The notes below the pieces were generated by a model. That model was not told the DNA's origin, searched no databases, and worked only from the letters and a program-made list of their open reading frames with translations. The translations under genes were made by a program, and so were the position numbers. DNA of 37,320 nt from Nitrospinales bacterium (lineage in GTDB: Bacteria; Nitrospinota; Nitrospinia; Nitrospinales; JAJDAT01). The stretch spans positions 1 to 37,320 of the forward strand of contig JBHHYO010000018.1 in NCBI GenBank assembly GCA_046757665.1. Reading direction: 5' to 3'. Positions within the stretch are counted from its first letter, which is position 1. Every line of letters starts with the position of its first letter. This document shows, one piece after another, positions 18,761-27,003 of this stretch.

Positions 18761-20313
18761 AGGAACGGGAGGAGCGGTTTTCCGAAGTCTATCTCAACTT
18801 CACCCACATCTATTCGCAAACGCGGGTGCAGGAGGAAGACCGGCAGGTCCGCATTCCCGAAAAGGTGGTGCGTTGCATCTGGAACGACCAGTCGATCAAA
18901 ACCGACGAACTATGCACAACGGACGGCGAGGCGGTGCGGGTGCTGTTCCCCGGTTACTGGAATTTCGGCGGCGGCCCCGATTTCACCGGCGTGGTGATAA
19001 AGGTCAACGGCAAAACCTACGAGGGCGACGCGGAAATACACGTTCATGCCAGGGACTGGAAAGCCCACAAGCACTCCGAAAACCCGGAATACGACAATGT
19101 GATTTTGCATGTTTTCATGTGGAAGGATAAAGGCAAAGACAACCCCATCCGGAGCCGCCGGAGCCGGTCGTCCGATGCGCCCGGCCGGCCGGTCTTTGAA
19201 CTGGAATTAAAAAATTTTCTCGAAAAGGGAATTCTGGAGATCAGCGACAATCTCGATTTCGACAATTATCCGATCATCCACAAATTCAACCATGGGTTGT
19301 GCCACGAGCCGCTGGCCCGCCTGCCGCGGGAAAAGTTCGCGGCCCTGCTCGACTTGGCGGGCGATGCGCGGATTTTGACCAAGATGCAACGGTTTCACGA
19401 CCGGGTCATCATCAACGGTTATGAACAAACTTTCTACGAGGGGCTTGCCGAGGCTCTGGGTTATCCGAATAACAAAAGGCCTTTTCAGATGCTGGCGGAG
19501 TTTCTGCCGTTGCACACCATCAAAAAGCTCCTGCCGCCAGACCTGACGGCGAATGAAATGGCGCTCCATATCCAGGCGATGTTGTTTGGAGCATCCGGGC
19601 TGATCGGATTCGCGGCGCCGGACCAACATGCTTCGGCGCCGGCGGACCGCCGCTATTTTAAGAAGATGAGCGCCCTGTGGAAACAATACGCGCCCCGGAT
19701 TGGGGAGCCGCCGATGAAAAAAGATCATTGGCATTTCGGCGGGATCCGTCCGGCCAATTACCCTTACCGGCGAATTGCGGGATTAAGCCGGTTGCTGACG
19801 CGCCACTGGACGAAGGGAATTTTCGCGGATTTCCTGGAGCGTTTTCAATCGACCCTCGACGCCGCGGGGGACCAGGGATGCACGTCAAAAACCCTTAAAC
19901 CCTTTTACCATTTTTTCTGCATGGAAGCGAAAGACTACTGGAGCGTCCATTACACGCCGGGCGGCAAGGAATTGTCCACGCCCCAGCAACTGGTTGGCCT
20001 TTCGCGGTCCCGGGAAATCACCGTTAACATCCTGATTCCCCTGGGCCTCATTTACGCTCGCGCCGGCAAGGCACACGGACTGGAAAAAGCTCTGAAAAGG
20101 CTTTACCAGGCCGGCAACAAACCCCTGGACAACAAATTGATCCGCTTTATGAAACATTATATCCTGGGAAACAAACCCGAAATGATCGCGTTATTGAAAA
20201 CGGACAAGGAAACCCAGGGATTGATCCAGGTCTATCAGGACTATTGCACCCAAAATAAAAATAATTGTTTTCGCTGTCAATTTCCGGACGTAGTTGACAA
20301 ATATTTTTCTTGA
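18745..20313 (+). CDS. DUF2851 family protein
   Basis: PGYWNFGGGPDF...GDAEIHV..DWKAHKH..NPEYDNVILHV, LGYPNNK.PF, IRPANYPYRRIAGL and C-terminal QGLIQ...YC....CFRC. ATG at 18745 overlaps the end of cysS. Confidence 0.8.
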   Translation: MESQVKEREERFSEVYLNFTHIYSQTRVQEEDRQVRIPEKVVRCIWNDQSIKTDELCTTDGEAVRVLFPGYWNFGGGPDFTGVVIKVNGKTYEGDAEIHVHARDWKAHKHSENPEYDNVILHVFMWKDKGKDNPIRSRRSRSSDAPGRPVFELELKNFLEKGILEISDNLDFDNYPIIHKFNHGLCHEPLARLPREKFAALLDLAGDARILTKMQRFHDRVIINGYEQTFYEGLAEALGYPNNKRPFQMLAEFLPLHTIKKLLPPDLTANEMALHIQAMLFGASGLIGFAAPDQHASAPADRRYFKKMSALWKQYAPRIGEPPMKKDHWHFGGIRPANYPYRRIAGLSRLLTRHWTKGIFADFLERFQSTLDAAGDQGCTSKTLKPFYHFFCMEAKDYWSVHYTPGGKELSTPQQLVGLSRSREITVNILIPLGLIYARAGKAHGLEKALKRLYQAGNKPLDNKLIRFMKHYILGNKPEMIALLKTDKETQGLIQVYQDYCTQNKNNCFRCQFPDVVDKYFS

Positions 20314-20364
20314 CTCGATTCCCCGGAGCGGGGGATCGTAAAACCATTTATTCATCGGTAAATC

Positions 20365-21171
20365 ATGAACGATCATTTGAGCGAACTGGAAAATCAAAGC
20401 ATTTTCATCCTTCGCGAAGCCTATAAAAAATTCAAGAACCTGGCCATGCTGTGGTCCATCGGCAAGGATTCCACGGTGATGCTGTGGCTGGCGCGCAAGG
20501 CATTTTTCGGGCATTGCCCCATTCCCCTGGTGCACATCGACACCAGTTACAAGATTCCCAGCATGATCGAATACCGCGACCGCCTGGCCAAGGAATGGAA
20601 CCTCAACCTGGTGGTCGGGCAAAACAAAAAGGCGCTGGCGGAGGGAATGAATCATGAAAAAGGCCGGCTGGTCTGTTGCGAAGCGCTGAAAACCAACGGC
20701 CTGCACATGGTTATGGAGGAAAAAGGTTATACCGGCCTGATCCTCGGCATCCGCCGGGATGAGGAAGGCACCCGGGCGAAGGAGCGGTATTTCTCGCCGC
20801 GGGACAAGAACTTCGAGTGGAACTTCAAGGACCAGCCGCCGGAATTGTGGGACCAGTTTAAAACCACATTCGCCGAGGGGACGCATATCCGCATTCATCC
20901 CCTGTTGCACTGGACCGAACTCAACGTCTGGGAGTACATCGGCAGGGAGAAGATTCCCATTATCGACCTGTATTTTTCCAACAAGGAAGGCAAGCGCTAC
21001 CGGTCCCTCGGTTGCGCTCCCTGCACGGGGACCATCGACTCCCCGGCGAGCACGGTGGAAGAAATCATCCAGGAGTTGAAGCAAGTCTCTACATCCGAGC
21101 GGTCGGGCCGGGCTCAGGACCAGGAAGACACCTACGCCATGCAAAAACTGCGCGCCAAGGGGTATATGTAA
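20365..21171 (+). CDS. cysD: Sulfate adenylyltransferase subunit 2
   Basis: [20 protein letters not shown] (PP-loop), [33 protein letters not shown] and C-terminal KGYM. Confidence 0.96.
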   Translation: MNDHLSELENQSIFILREAYKKFKNLAMLWSIGKDSTVMLWLARKAFFGHCPIPLVHIDTSYKIPSMIEYRDRLAKEWNLNLVVGQNKKALAEGMNHEKGRLVCCEALKTNGLHMVMEEKGYTGLILGIRRDEEGTRAKERYFSPRDKNFEWNFKDQPPELWDQFKTTFAEGTHIRIHPLLHWTELNVWEYIGREKIPIIDLYFSNKEGKRYRSLGCAPCTGTIDSPASTVEEIIQELKQVSTSERSGRAQDQEDTYAMQKLRAKGYM

Positions 21172-23000
21172 TGAACGACAATGTAAAACAGGACACCGCG
21201 TCCAGCGAAATGGTGCGGCTGGTGATCGTCGGCCACGTAGACCACGGCAAATCGACGCTGGTCGGCAGGCTGTTGGCCGACACCGGCAGTCTGCCCGAAG
21301 GCAAACTGCAATTCACCAAGGACATCTGCGACCGGCAGGGCAAGGTGTTTGAATTCGCCTTTCTCCTCGATGCCCTGGAAGAGGAACAGGAGCAGGGAAT
21401 CACGATCGACACCTCGCAGATTTTTTTCAAGACCGCGAAAAGGCACTACATGATCATCGACGCGCCGGGGCACAAGGAGTTTTTGAAGAACATGGTCACC
21501 GGCGCCTCCAACGCCGAGGGCGCGCTTCTGCTGATCGACGCTTACGAGGGCGTCAAGGAACAGTCCCGGCGGCACGGCTATTTGCTGAAACTGCTGGGCC
21601 TCAACCAGGTCGCCGTCGCCATCAATAAAATGGACCTGGTGGATTACGACCCGGAGGTTTACTTTAAAATCAAATCGGAATACAGCGATTTCCTGAAATC
21701 CCTGGGCATCGAAGCGTGCCAGTTCATCCCCATCGCCGCCAAGCAGGGTATCAACATCGCCAGCCCCAGCAAGGAAATCAACTGGTACAAGGGGCCGACC
21801 ATTTTGGAACAACTGGACCGGTTCGAGAAAAAACCGCCGCCGGAGCGTTCGCCGTTTCGCTTCCCGGTTCAGGACGTTTACAAATTCGACCGGCGGCGCA
21901 TCATTGCCGGGCGGGTGGAGTCCGGAACGGCCCATGTCGGCGAGGACCTGATTTTTTATCCCTCTCTCAAGCGGGCACGGATCAAATCCATCGAAGCCTG
22001 GAACGTCCCACAACCCCCTGAAATCGCCCGGGCCTCGCAATCGGTGGGGTTTACTTTCGAGGAGCAGATATTCGTCGAGCGCGGCGAAATCGCCGGCCGG
22101 GCCGATGAAAGCCCCATCGTTTCCACCACCTTCGACGTCAACATTTTCTGGATGGGAAACCGCCACCTCGAAAAAGGCAAAACCTATGTGATCAAACTGG
22201 CCACCCAGGAAGTCGAATGCGAAATCCTGCAATTCAAAAGCGTGATCAACGCCTCCACCCTCGAACCCATGGCGGAGCAAAACTTCCTGGCCAAAAACGA
22301 CGTCGCCGAACTGACCTTGAAAACCCGGTCCCCGGTTGCCTTTGACCTGTTCGGTTCGATCCCGGAAACCGGACGGTTTGTACTGGTGGACGGTTATGAT
22401 GTCTGCGGCGGAGGCATTATCATCACCTATACGCCCAGCACCCAAAAAGACAAGCTCCGGGACGAAATCCGTACGCGGGATTTCAACTGGATCAAGAGTA
22501 TGGTCGCCCCCTCGGAACGGGCTTACCGAAACGGCCATCAGGCGGCGCTCATTCTGTTCACGGGGGAATCCGGCGTCGGCAAGTCGCAACTCGCAAAACT
22601 GCTGGAGGAAAAAATTTTCAAGCACAATTTCCAAAGCTATCTGCTCGACGGCCGCAACGTCTTGCTCGGCGTCGGCGCGGACATCGACGCCCAAAATCAC
22701 AATTCCAACGGCGAGGCCGTCCGCCGCTTCGGCGAAGTGGCGCGGCTTTTCCTCGACGCCGGGCATGTCATCATTTCGACATCGAATGTGTTCAACCAGG
22801 AAGATCACTCGGACATCCGCCTGATTATCGACCCCTGCCCGCTGATAGAAATTCACGTCACCCAGGGTGAAACACCCGCGACCTCGGCGGATTTGGTCAT
22901 TTCGCGGAAAGAAGCAACCAAGGCAAAGGATGCAGTCGCCAAAATCTACGATTTTCTCAAGAAAAAGAAAATTCTGACCGGACACAATTACTCAATCTGA
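21171..23000 (+). CDS. cysN: Sulfate adenylyltransferase subunit 1 (GTPase) fused to a degenerate APS-kinase-like domain
   Basis: GHVDHGKST, EQGITID, DAPGH and NKMD G-motifs, plus C-terminal LFTGESGVGKS...YLLDGRN...RRFGEVARLF. TAATG stop/start overlap with cysD. Confidence 0.92.
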   Translation: MNDNVKQDTASSEMVRLVIVGHVDHGKSTLVGRLLADTGSLPEGKLQFTKDICDRQGKVFEFAFLLDALEEEQEQGITIDTSQIFFKTAKRHYMIIDAPGHKEFLKNMVTGASNAEGALLLIDAYEGVKEQSRRHGYLLKLLGLNQVAVAINKMDLVDYDPEVYFKIKSEYSDFLKSLGIEACQFIPIAAKQGINIASPSKEINWYKGPTILEQLDRFEKKPPPERSPFRFPVQDVYKFDRRRIIAGRVESGTAHVGEDLIFYPSLKRARIKSIEAWNVPQPPEIARASQSVGFTFEEQIFVERGEIAGRADESPIVSTTFDVNIFWMGNRHLEKGKTYVIKLATQEVECEILQFKSVINASTLEPMAEQNFLAKNDVAELTLKTRSPVAFDLFGSIPETGRFVLVDGYDVCGGGIIITYTPSTQKDKLRDEIRTRDFNWIKSMVAPSERAYRNGHQAALILFTGESGVGKSQLAKLLEEKIFKHNFQSYLLDGRNVLLGVGADIDAQNHNSNGEAVRRFGEVARLFLDAGHVIISTSNVFNQEDHSDIRLIIDPCPLIEIHVTQGETPATSADLVISRKEATKAKDAVAKIYDFLKKKKILTGHNYSI

Positions 23001-23025
23001 TTATTTCGCGAGGCAGGATTGCAAC

Positions 23026-23054
23026 TTGCAAATCGGTGGAATTTTGAGTATTCT
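23026..23054 (+). promoter_or_regulatory. Candidate sigma70 promoter for the ferredoxin gene
   Basis: TTGCAA (23026-23031), 17-nt spacer, TATTCT (23049-23054). Confidence 0.5.
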
Positions 23055-23102
23055 CCAGTTTCCTTTTCACGCATCAATCACAACCCGCAAGGGAGAAGTT
23101 TC

Positions 23103-23408
23103 ATGCCGAAAATTTCCGTAACCAACTCCGAAACGGGCGAAACCTCGGAGTTTAAAGTCGGTTACGGCGCCAACCTTCGCCAGGCCGCCTTGTATAATGA
23201 GGTCGAGCTGTACAAGGGAATGCACAAACACCTGAACTGCCGGGGAATGGGGCTCTGCGGCACCTGCCTGGTGGAAGTGGAACCCATGGAAAACGTCGAT
23301 CCGCAGACGATGTTTGAGAAACTTCACAAAGTCGGCCCCAATCAAAAGCTGAGTTGCCGGACCAAGGTGTACGGACCCATCGCCATCAAAACCGTCATCA
23401 AGGACTGA
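23103..23408 (+). CDS. [2Fe-2S] ferredoxin
   Basis: CRGMGLCGTC...KLSC ligand pattern. ATG at 23103 follows AAGGGAG. Confidence 0.92.
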   Translation: MPKISVTNSETGETSEFKVGYGANLRQAALYNEVELYKGMHKHLNCRGMGLCGTCLVEVEPMENVDPQTMFEKLHKVGPNQKLSCRTKVYGPIAIKTVIKD

Positions 23409-23444
23409 CCCCGGTCTTCGACACCCCGCGAGTGCCGCGCAAGT

Positions 23445-23471
23445 TGTAAGGATCAGCGCCTGATCCCTACA
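23445..23471. repeat. REP-like (GTAG-type) palindrome
   Basis: TGTAAGGATCAG-CGC-CTGATCCCTACA: 12-bp arms with one mismatch. The minus strand reads GTAG-GGATCAG-GCG-CTGATCC. Confidence 0.55.
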
Positions 23472-23508
23472 CATACTCCGCATTATTCATGAAAGAAAAA
23501 ACTCCCAC

Positions 23509-24306
23509 ATGGAACTGAACCTGAAAGAACGCAGAGTCGTCATCACCGGCGGCGGAGAGGGCATCGGCCGCGCACTGGCGCTGGCTTTTGCGCGGGAGGG
23601 CGCCCATGTCGGCGTTTGCGCGCGCACCGCCGAGCGGCTGGACAGCCTCGCCGGGGAAATCGCCGGAAGCGGACATGTTTTCCAACCCGCCGACCTCACA
23701 AAACCGCAAGACATCGACACCTTCCATGAAAAGGCGCTGGATGCCTTCCGTCGGGTCGATGTTCTGGTCAACAATGTCGGAGCGATATTGAAGCTGGGAA
23801 ATTTTTTTGAACTCAGCGACGAGGATTGGCAGGACTCATTCAACGTCAACCTGATGCCGGCGGTGCGCTTGACGCGGCGGTTCGTCCCGGCGCTCAAACA
23901 TTCGGGCGCGCCGCGGATCATCAATATATCTTCCATCGCCGCGCACAAACCGGGCGACGCATTTCCCCATTACAGCGCCATGAAGGCCGCTCTGTCCAAC
24001 CTAACCGTTTCCCTGGCCCAGTCCCTGGCGCCGGATAAAATTCTGGTCAATTCCGTCTCCCCGGGGCCGGTGTGGACACGCTCCTGGGAAGAAGAAGCGC
24101 GCAATACCGCCGAAAAAACCGGGACCGACTACCAAACGGCGCGGGACGACCTGATCGCCCAAACGGCGCAACACGTGCTCCTGAAACGAATGGGCGCAAC
24201 GGGCGATGTCACCGGACTGGTGCTGTTCCTGGCTTCGGACCATGCGAGCTGGGTTACCGCCTCCAACTTTACGGTGGACGGCGGCATAACCCAGGACCCG
24301 TATTGA
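23509..24306 (+). CDS. Classical short-chain dehydrogenase/reductase
   Basis: ITGGGEGIG, DVLVNNVG, NISS, YSAMK, VNSVSPG and C-terminal VDGG. Confidence 0.93.
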   Translation: MELNLKERRVVITGGGEGIGRALALAFAREGAHVGVCARTAERLDSLAGEIAGSGHVFQPADLTKPQDIDTFHEKALDAFRRVDVLVNNVGAILKLGNFFELSDEDWQDSFNVNLMPAVRLTRRFVPALKHSGAPRIINISSIAAHKPGDAFPHYSAMKAALSNLTVSLAQSLAPDKILVNSVSPGPVWTRSWEEEARNTAEKTGTDYQTARDDLIAQTAQHVLLKRMGATGDVTGLVLFLASDHASWVTASNFTVDGGITQDPY

Positions 24307-24423
24307 ACGCGCCCTCACCTGATAATTCCCCCAAAATCCGCTCACCAAAAAAAAGCCGCCAAACCACCTGAAAAAGGGGCGATTGGCGGGAAACCCGGTT
24401 TTTCCTCCGAACAACCGGTCTGC

Positions 24424-24510
24424 CCCCAATCAAAAAACAAGCATCCTCCGGCTTATTTTCTACGGTGTAGAAACCGTTGAGAAAATAAGGGGTTGCAGAC
24501 TTTGTTGGGG
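24424..24510. repeat. Long imperfect inverted repeat
   Basis: Core CTTATTTTCT-ACGGT-GTAGAA-ACCGT-TG-AGAAAATAAG (24452-24489) with outer arms CCCCAATCAAA / TTTGTTGGGG. Confidence 0.6.
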
Positions 24511-24681
24511 AAATTTTGAATCCTTTTTAAAACCGTGAGTGCGCGGGAATCATCTTAATAGTAGGAAGAAAAAAAACTAAATTGATAACACCGATTACCC
24601 TTGAGAGCGATATGCGAGTACTAAAGCCTGGGTAAATTTGGGCGCAAGAATCCCGGCATGTTCCGGGAATGTTCCGGTTGC

Positions 24682-24719
24682 AAAGCCTATCTTCACCTCG
24701 GCGAAGATAGGCTTTTTTT
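24682..24719 (+). terminator. Intrinsic terminator upstream of the PDZ-like gene (possible attenuator)
   Basis: Perfect 13-bp stem AAAGCCTATCTTC / GAAGATAGGCTTT with an 8-nt loop, ending in a run of 7 T. Lies about 65 nt before the ATG at 24784. Confidence 0.8.
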
Positions 24720-24783
24720 GCAGGAACCCCCAGCGACCGGACCACCACTCCATCACGGTTTGACCAAAATGGAGGGTAAGACA

Positions 24784-25185
24784 ATGACTACTTTAAGAAA
24801 TGTCTTTATCAGCATGTTGACTTTATTCTGTCTCCTGTATCCGAACCAGGGATATGCGATCACCATGGTCAAAGGCATGACGGGCGAATATATCAAAGTT
24901 TTGGATATCACGGTGGCGGAAAACAGGCAGGGCGATATCAACATTGTCCGTATCGGCCGGTATGGTCCCTTCAAAAGATACAGCTGGTTTCGCGTTGGCG
25001 ACGTGATCGAAGCGGTTGACGGAAAAAAAGTAAGCATCTTCGATTTGCAAGGGATCGATCAAAGCCAGACTCCCTTCATCCGATACCGCCGAGGCAGGCA
25101 GACCGCGGAAAGACAGATCAGCCTGGAAAGAACTCTCTACGGCTACCCGCCTTTTGTGAACCGCCATCAACCCGTGCCCAGGTAG
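24784..25185 (+). CDS. Small secreted protein with PDZ-like domain
   Basis: GGAGG RBS, signal peptide MTTLRNVFISMLTLFCLLYPNQGYA, and PDZ-like FRVGDVIEAVDGKKV...IRYRRG. Confidence 0.65.
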   Translation: MTTLRNVFISMLTLFCLLYPNQGYAITMVKGMTGEYIKVLDITVAENRQGDINIVRIGRYGPFKRYSWFRVGDVIEAVDGKKVSIFDLQGIDQSQTPFIRYRRGRQTAERQISLERTLYGYPPFVNRHQPVPR

Positions 25186-25430
25186 CAGGGAGAGCTGGGG
25201 ACAATTCAACCTGTCGAAATTGAAACTGCCGGCTTCCCGTCGAACTCTCCAGCATTGCCCAAAGGTTCGCCGGCAGAGCCTGCCGGTGTTTCCGACTTGA
25301 ACACTTGCTCCACGGCTCCGCGCTTTTCTTAATTGTTCCCGTTCTTCTTTTTGGCTATACTCTGATTTTGATTAACCGTTCGATCATTTTCTGAGTGGAC
25401 CTTACAAATTTGCGGGGAGAGGGGAACAGT

Positions 25431-26966
25431 GTGGGCGAGCAAATCCATCTGGCGCTGATTGGAGCCGGTTTCTGGGGCAAAAACCTGGCAAGAACATTTC
25501 ACGGCCTCCAGGTTCTCAAAGCCATTTGCGATCCATCCACCGACGTCCGGCAACGGGAAAAAGGAAAGTACCCGGACGTTGAAACTTCCGTTTCTTTTCC
25601 CGACATCCTCGCCTCACCGGAAACCAACGCCATCGCCATCGCCAGCCCGGCGGAAATGCACTACTCGATGGTCAGGGATTCCCTCCTGGCGGGCAAACAT
25701 GTATTCGTCGAAAAACCTCTGGCGCTGACGGAGGAGGAAGGGCGGGAACTGGTTGACATCGCCAGGAAAAAAAATCGCGTACTCTTTGTCGGCCACATCC
25801 TTCATTATCATCCCGCCATCGCTACGCTTAAAAAGATGATCGATGCGGGCGATCTGGGCAGGCTTCAATATATTTATTCCAACCGGTTGAACCTCGGGAA
25901 AATCAGGCGGGAAGAAAATATTCTCTGGTCATTTGCTCCGCATGATATTTCCATCATCCTTTCACTGACCAACGAAGACCCCCATGAAGTGACCGCGATA
26001 AGCTCAACCATCCTGCACCCGCAAATTGCCGACACAACCTTAACGCACATGAGATTTCCCTCGGGAGTCTCTGCGCATATTTTCGTTTCCTGGTTGCATC
26101 CGTTCAAGGAGCAAAAACTGGTGGTTGTCGGCAGTAACCAAATGGCCGTGTTCGACGATACGGCGCCGGTGGAACGCAAGCTAACCTTGTATCCCCACAA
26201 CATTCTCTGGAAAGAGGGCATTCCCATTCCGGAGAAAAAAGAAGGCCACGCTATCGATCTTTCCGCAACCTGGCAGGAGCCTCTGGCGGTCGAGTGCCGC
26301 GCCTTTCTCGATGCGGTCGGCGGAAAGCCCTGCTACACCGACGGCGATGAGGGTCTGCGCGTTTTGCGGATATTGCGCCGCGCCCAGGCGAGCATGGACG
26401 GAACCGGCGCGCCGGGAAATTCTGAAGATTATTTCGTTCACGAAACCGGCCATGTCGAGGAAGACTGCCTTATCGGCAAGGGAACAAAAATATGGAATTA
26501 CTCCCGCGTGCTGAAAGGATCAAAAATCGGCGAGCGGGCCAGCATCGGACAAAACGTGGTCATCGGCCCTTACGGGGTCATCGGCAACAACGTAAAAATC
26601 CAGAACAACGTATCCGTTTATCAGGGGGTCACGCTCGAGGACAACGTCTTTTGCGGCCCGTCGTGCGTGTTCACGAATGTCATCAACCCGCGAAGCGCCA
26701 TATCCCGCAAGCATGAATTCCAAACCACCCGGGTTCGTGAAGGCGCCACCCTCGGCGCCAATGCCACCATCCTTTGCGGCGTCACCATAGGCAAATACGC
26801 CTTCATCGGCGCCGGAGCGGTTGTGACAAAAGATGTGCCGGACTATGCTCTGGTTTACGGAAACCCGGCGGCCCAACAGGGCTGGATGTGCAAATGCGGC
26901 CACCGGCTGAATGAAAACAAACACTGCGCGGAATGCGGCGCCACATTGGACTCAGCCTCCGGTTGA
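25431..26966 (+). CDS. Fused Gfo/Idh/MocA oxidoreductase + hexapeptide-repeat N-acetyltransferase (WbpB-WbpD-like)
   Basis: [15 protein letters not shown] and [10 protein letters not shown], followed by IGKGTKIW...[35 protein letters not shown]...GNPA..GWMCKCG. GTG at 25431 follows GAGAGGGG. Confidence 0.88.
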   Translation: MGEQIHLALIGAGFWGKNLARTFHGLQVLKAICDPSTDVRQREKGKYPDVETSVSFPDILASPETNAIAIASPAEMHYSMVRDSLLAGKHVFVEKPLALTEEEGRELVDIARKKNRVLFVGHILHYHPAIATLKKMIDAGDLGRLQYIYSNRLNLGKIRREENILWSFAPHDISIILSLTNEDPHEVTAISSTILHPQIADTTLTHMRFPSGVSAHIFVSWLHPFKEQKLVVVGSNQMAVFDDTAPVERKLTLYPHNILWKEGIPIPEKKEGHAIDLSATWQEPLAVECRAFLDAVGGKPCYTDGDEGLRVLRILRRAQASMDGTGAPGNSEDYFVHETGHVEEDCLIGKGTKIWNYSRVLKGSKIGERASIGQNVVIGPYGVIGNNVKIQNNVSVYQGVTLEDNVFCGPSCVFTNVINPRSAISRKHEFQTTRVREGATLGANATILCGVTIGKYAFIGAGAVVTKDVPDYALVYGNPAAQQGWMCKCGHRLNENKHCAECGATLDSASG

Positions 26967-27003
26967 CCTCGCCCCCTGCCGATCCTTCCCACCATTCCAG
27001 GTC

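Noticed and set aside
20316..20338. Hairpin CGATTCCCC-GGAGC-GGGGGATCG between DUF2851 and cysD as a terminator
   Set aside because: No U-tract on either strand; at most a processing or stability hairpin.
21132..22985. 617-aa antisense ORF opposite cysN
   Set aside because: Mirror-frame ORF explained by the codon bias of cysN; no domain motifs.
18745..23000. DUF2851 + CysD read as a DNA phosphorothioation (Dnd/Ssp)-type system
   Set aside because: CysD has canonical ATP-sulfurylase motifs and is coupled to CysN. No DndD/DndE/SspB/SspC or cysteine desulfurase gene is present.
24424..24510. Integron attC site
   Set aside because: The ends do not fit RYYYAAC/GTTRRRY, and there is no integrase or cassette array.
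24620..24690. c-di-GMP-I (GEMM) riboswitch, suggested by GGGCGCAA after a GTAA-containing hairpin
   Set aside because: It lacks GGCAAAC, a clean GNRA-capped P2 stem and the tetraloop receptor. Kept only as an unassigned structured leader.
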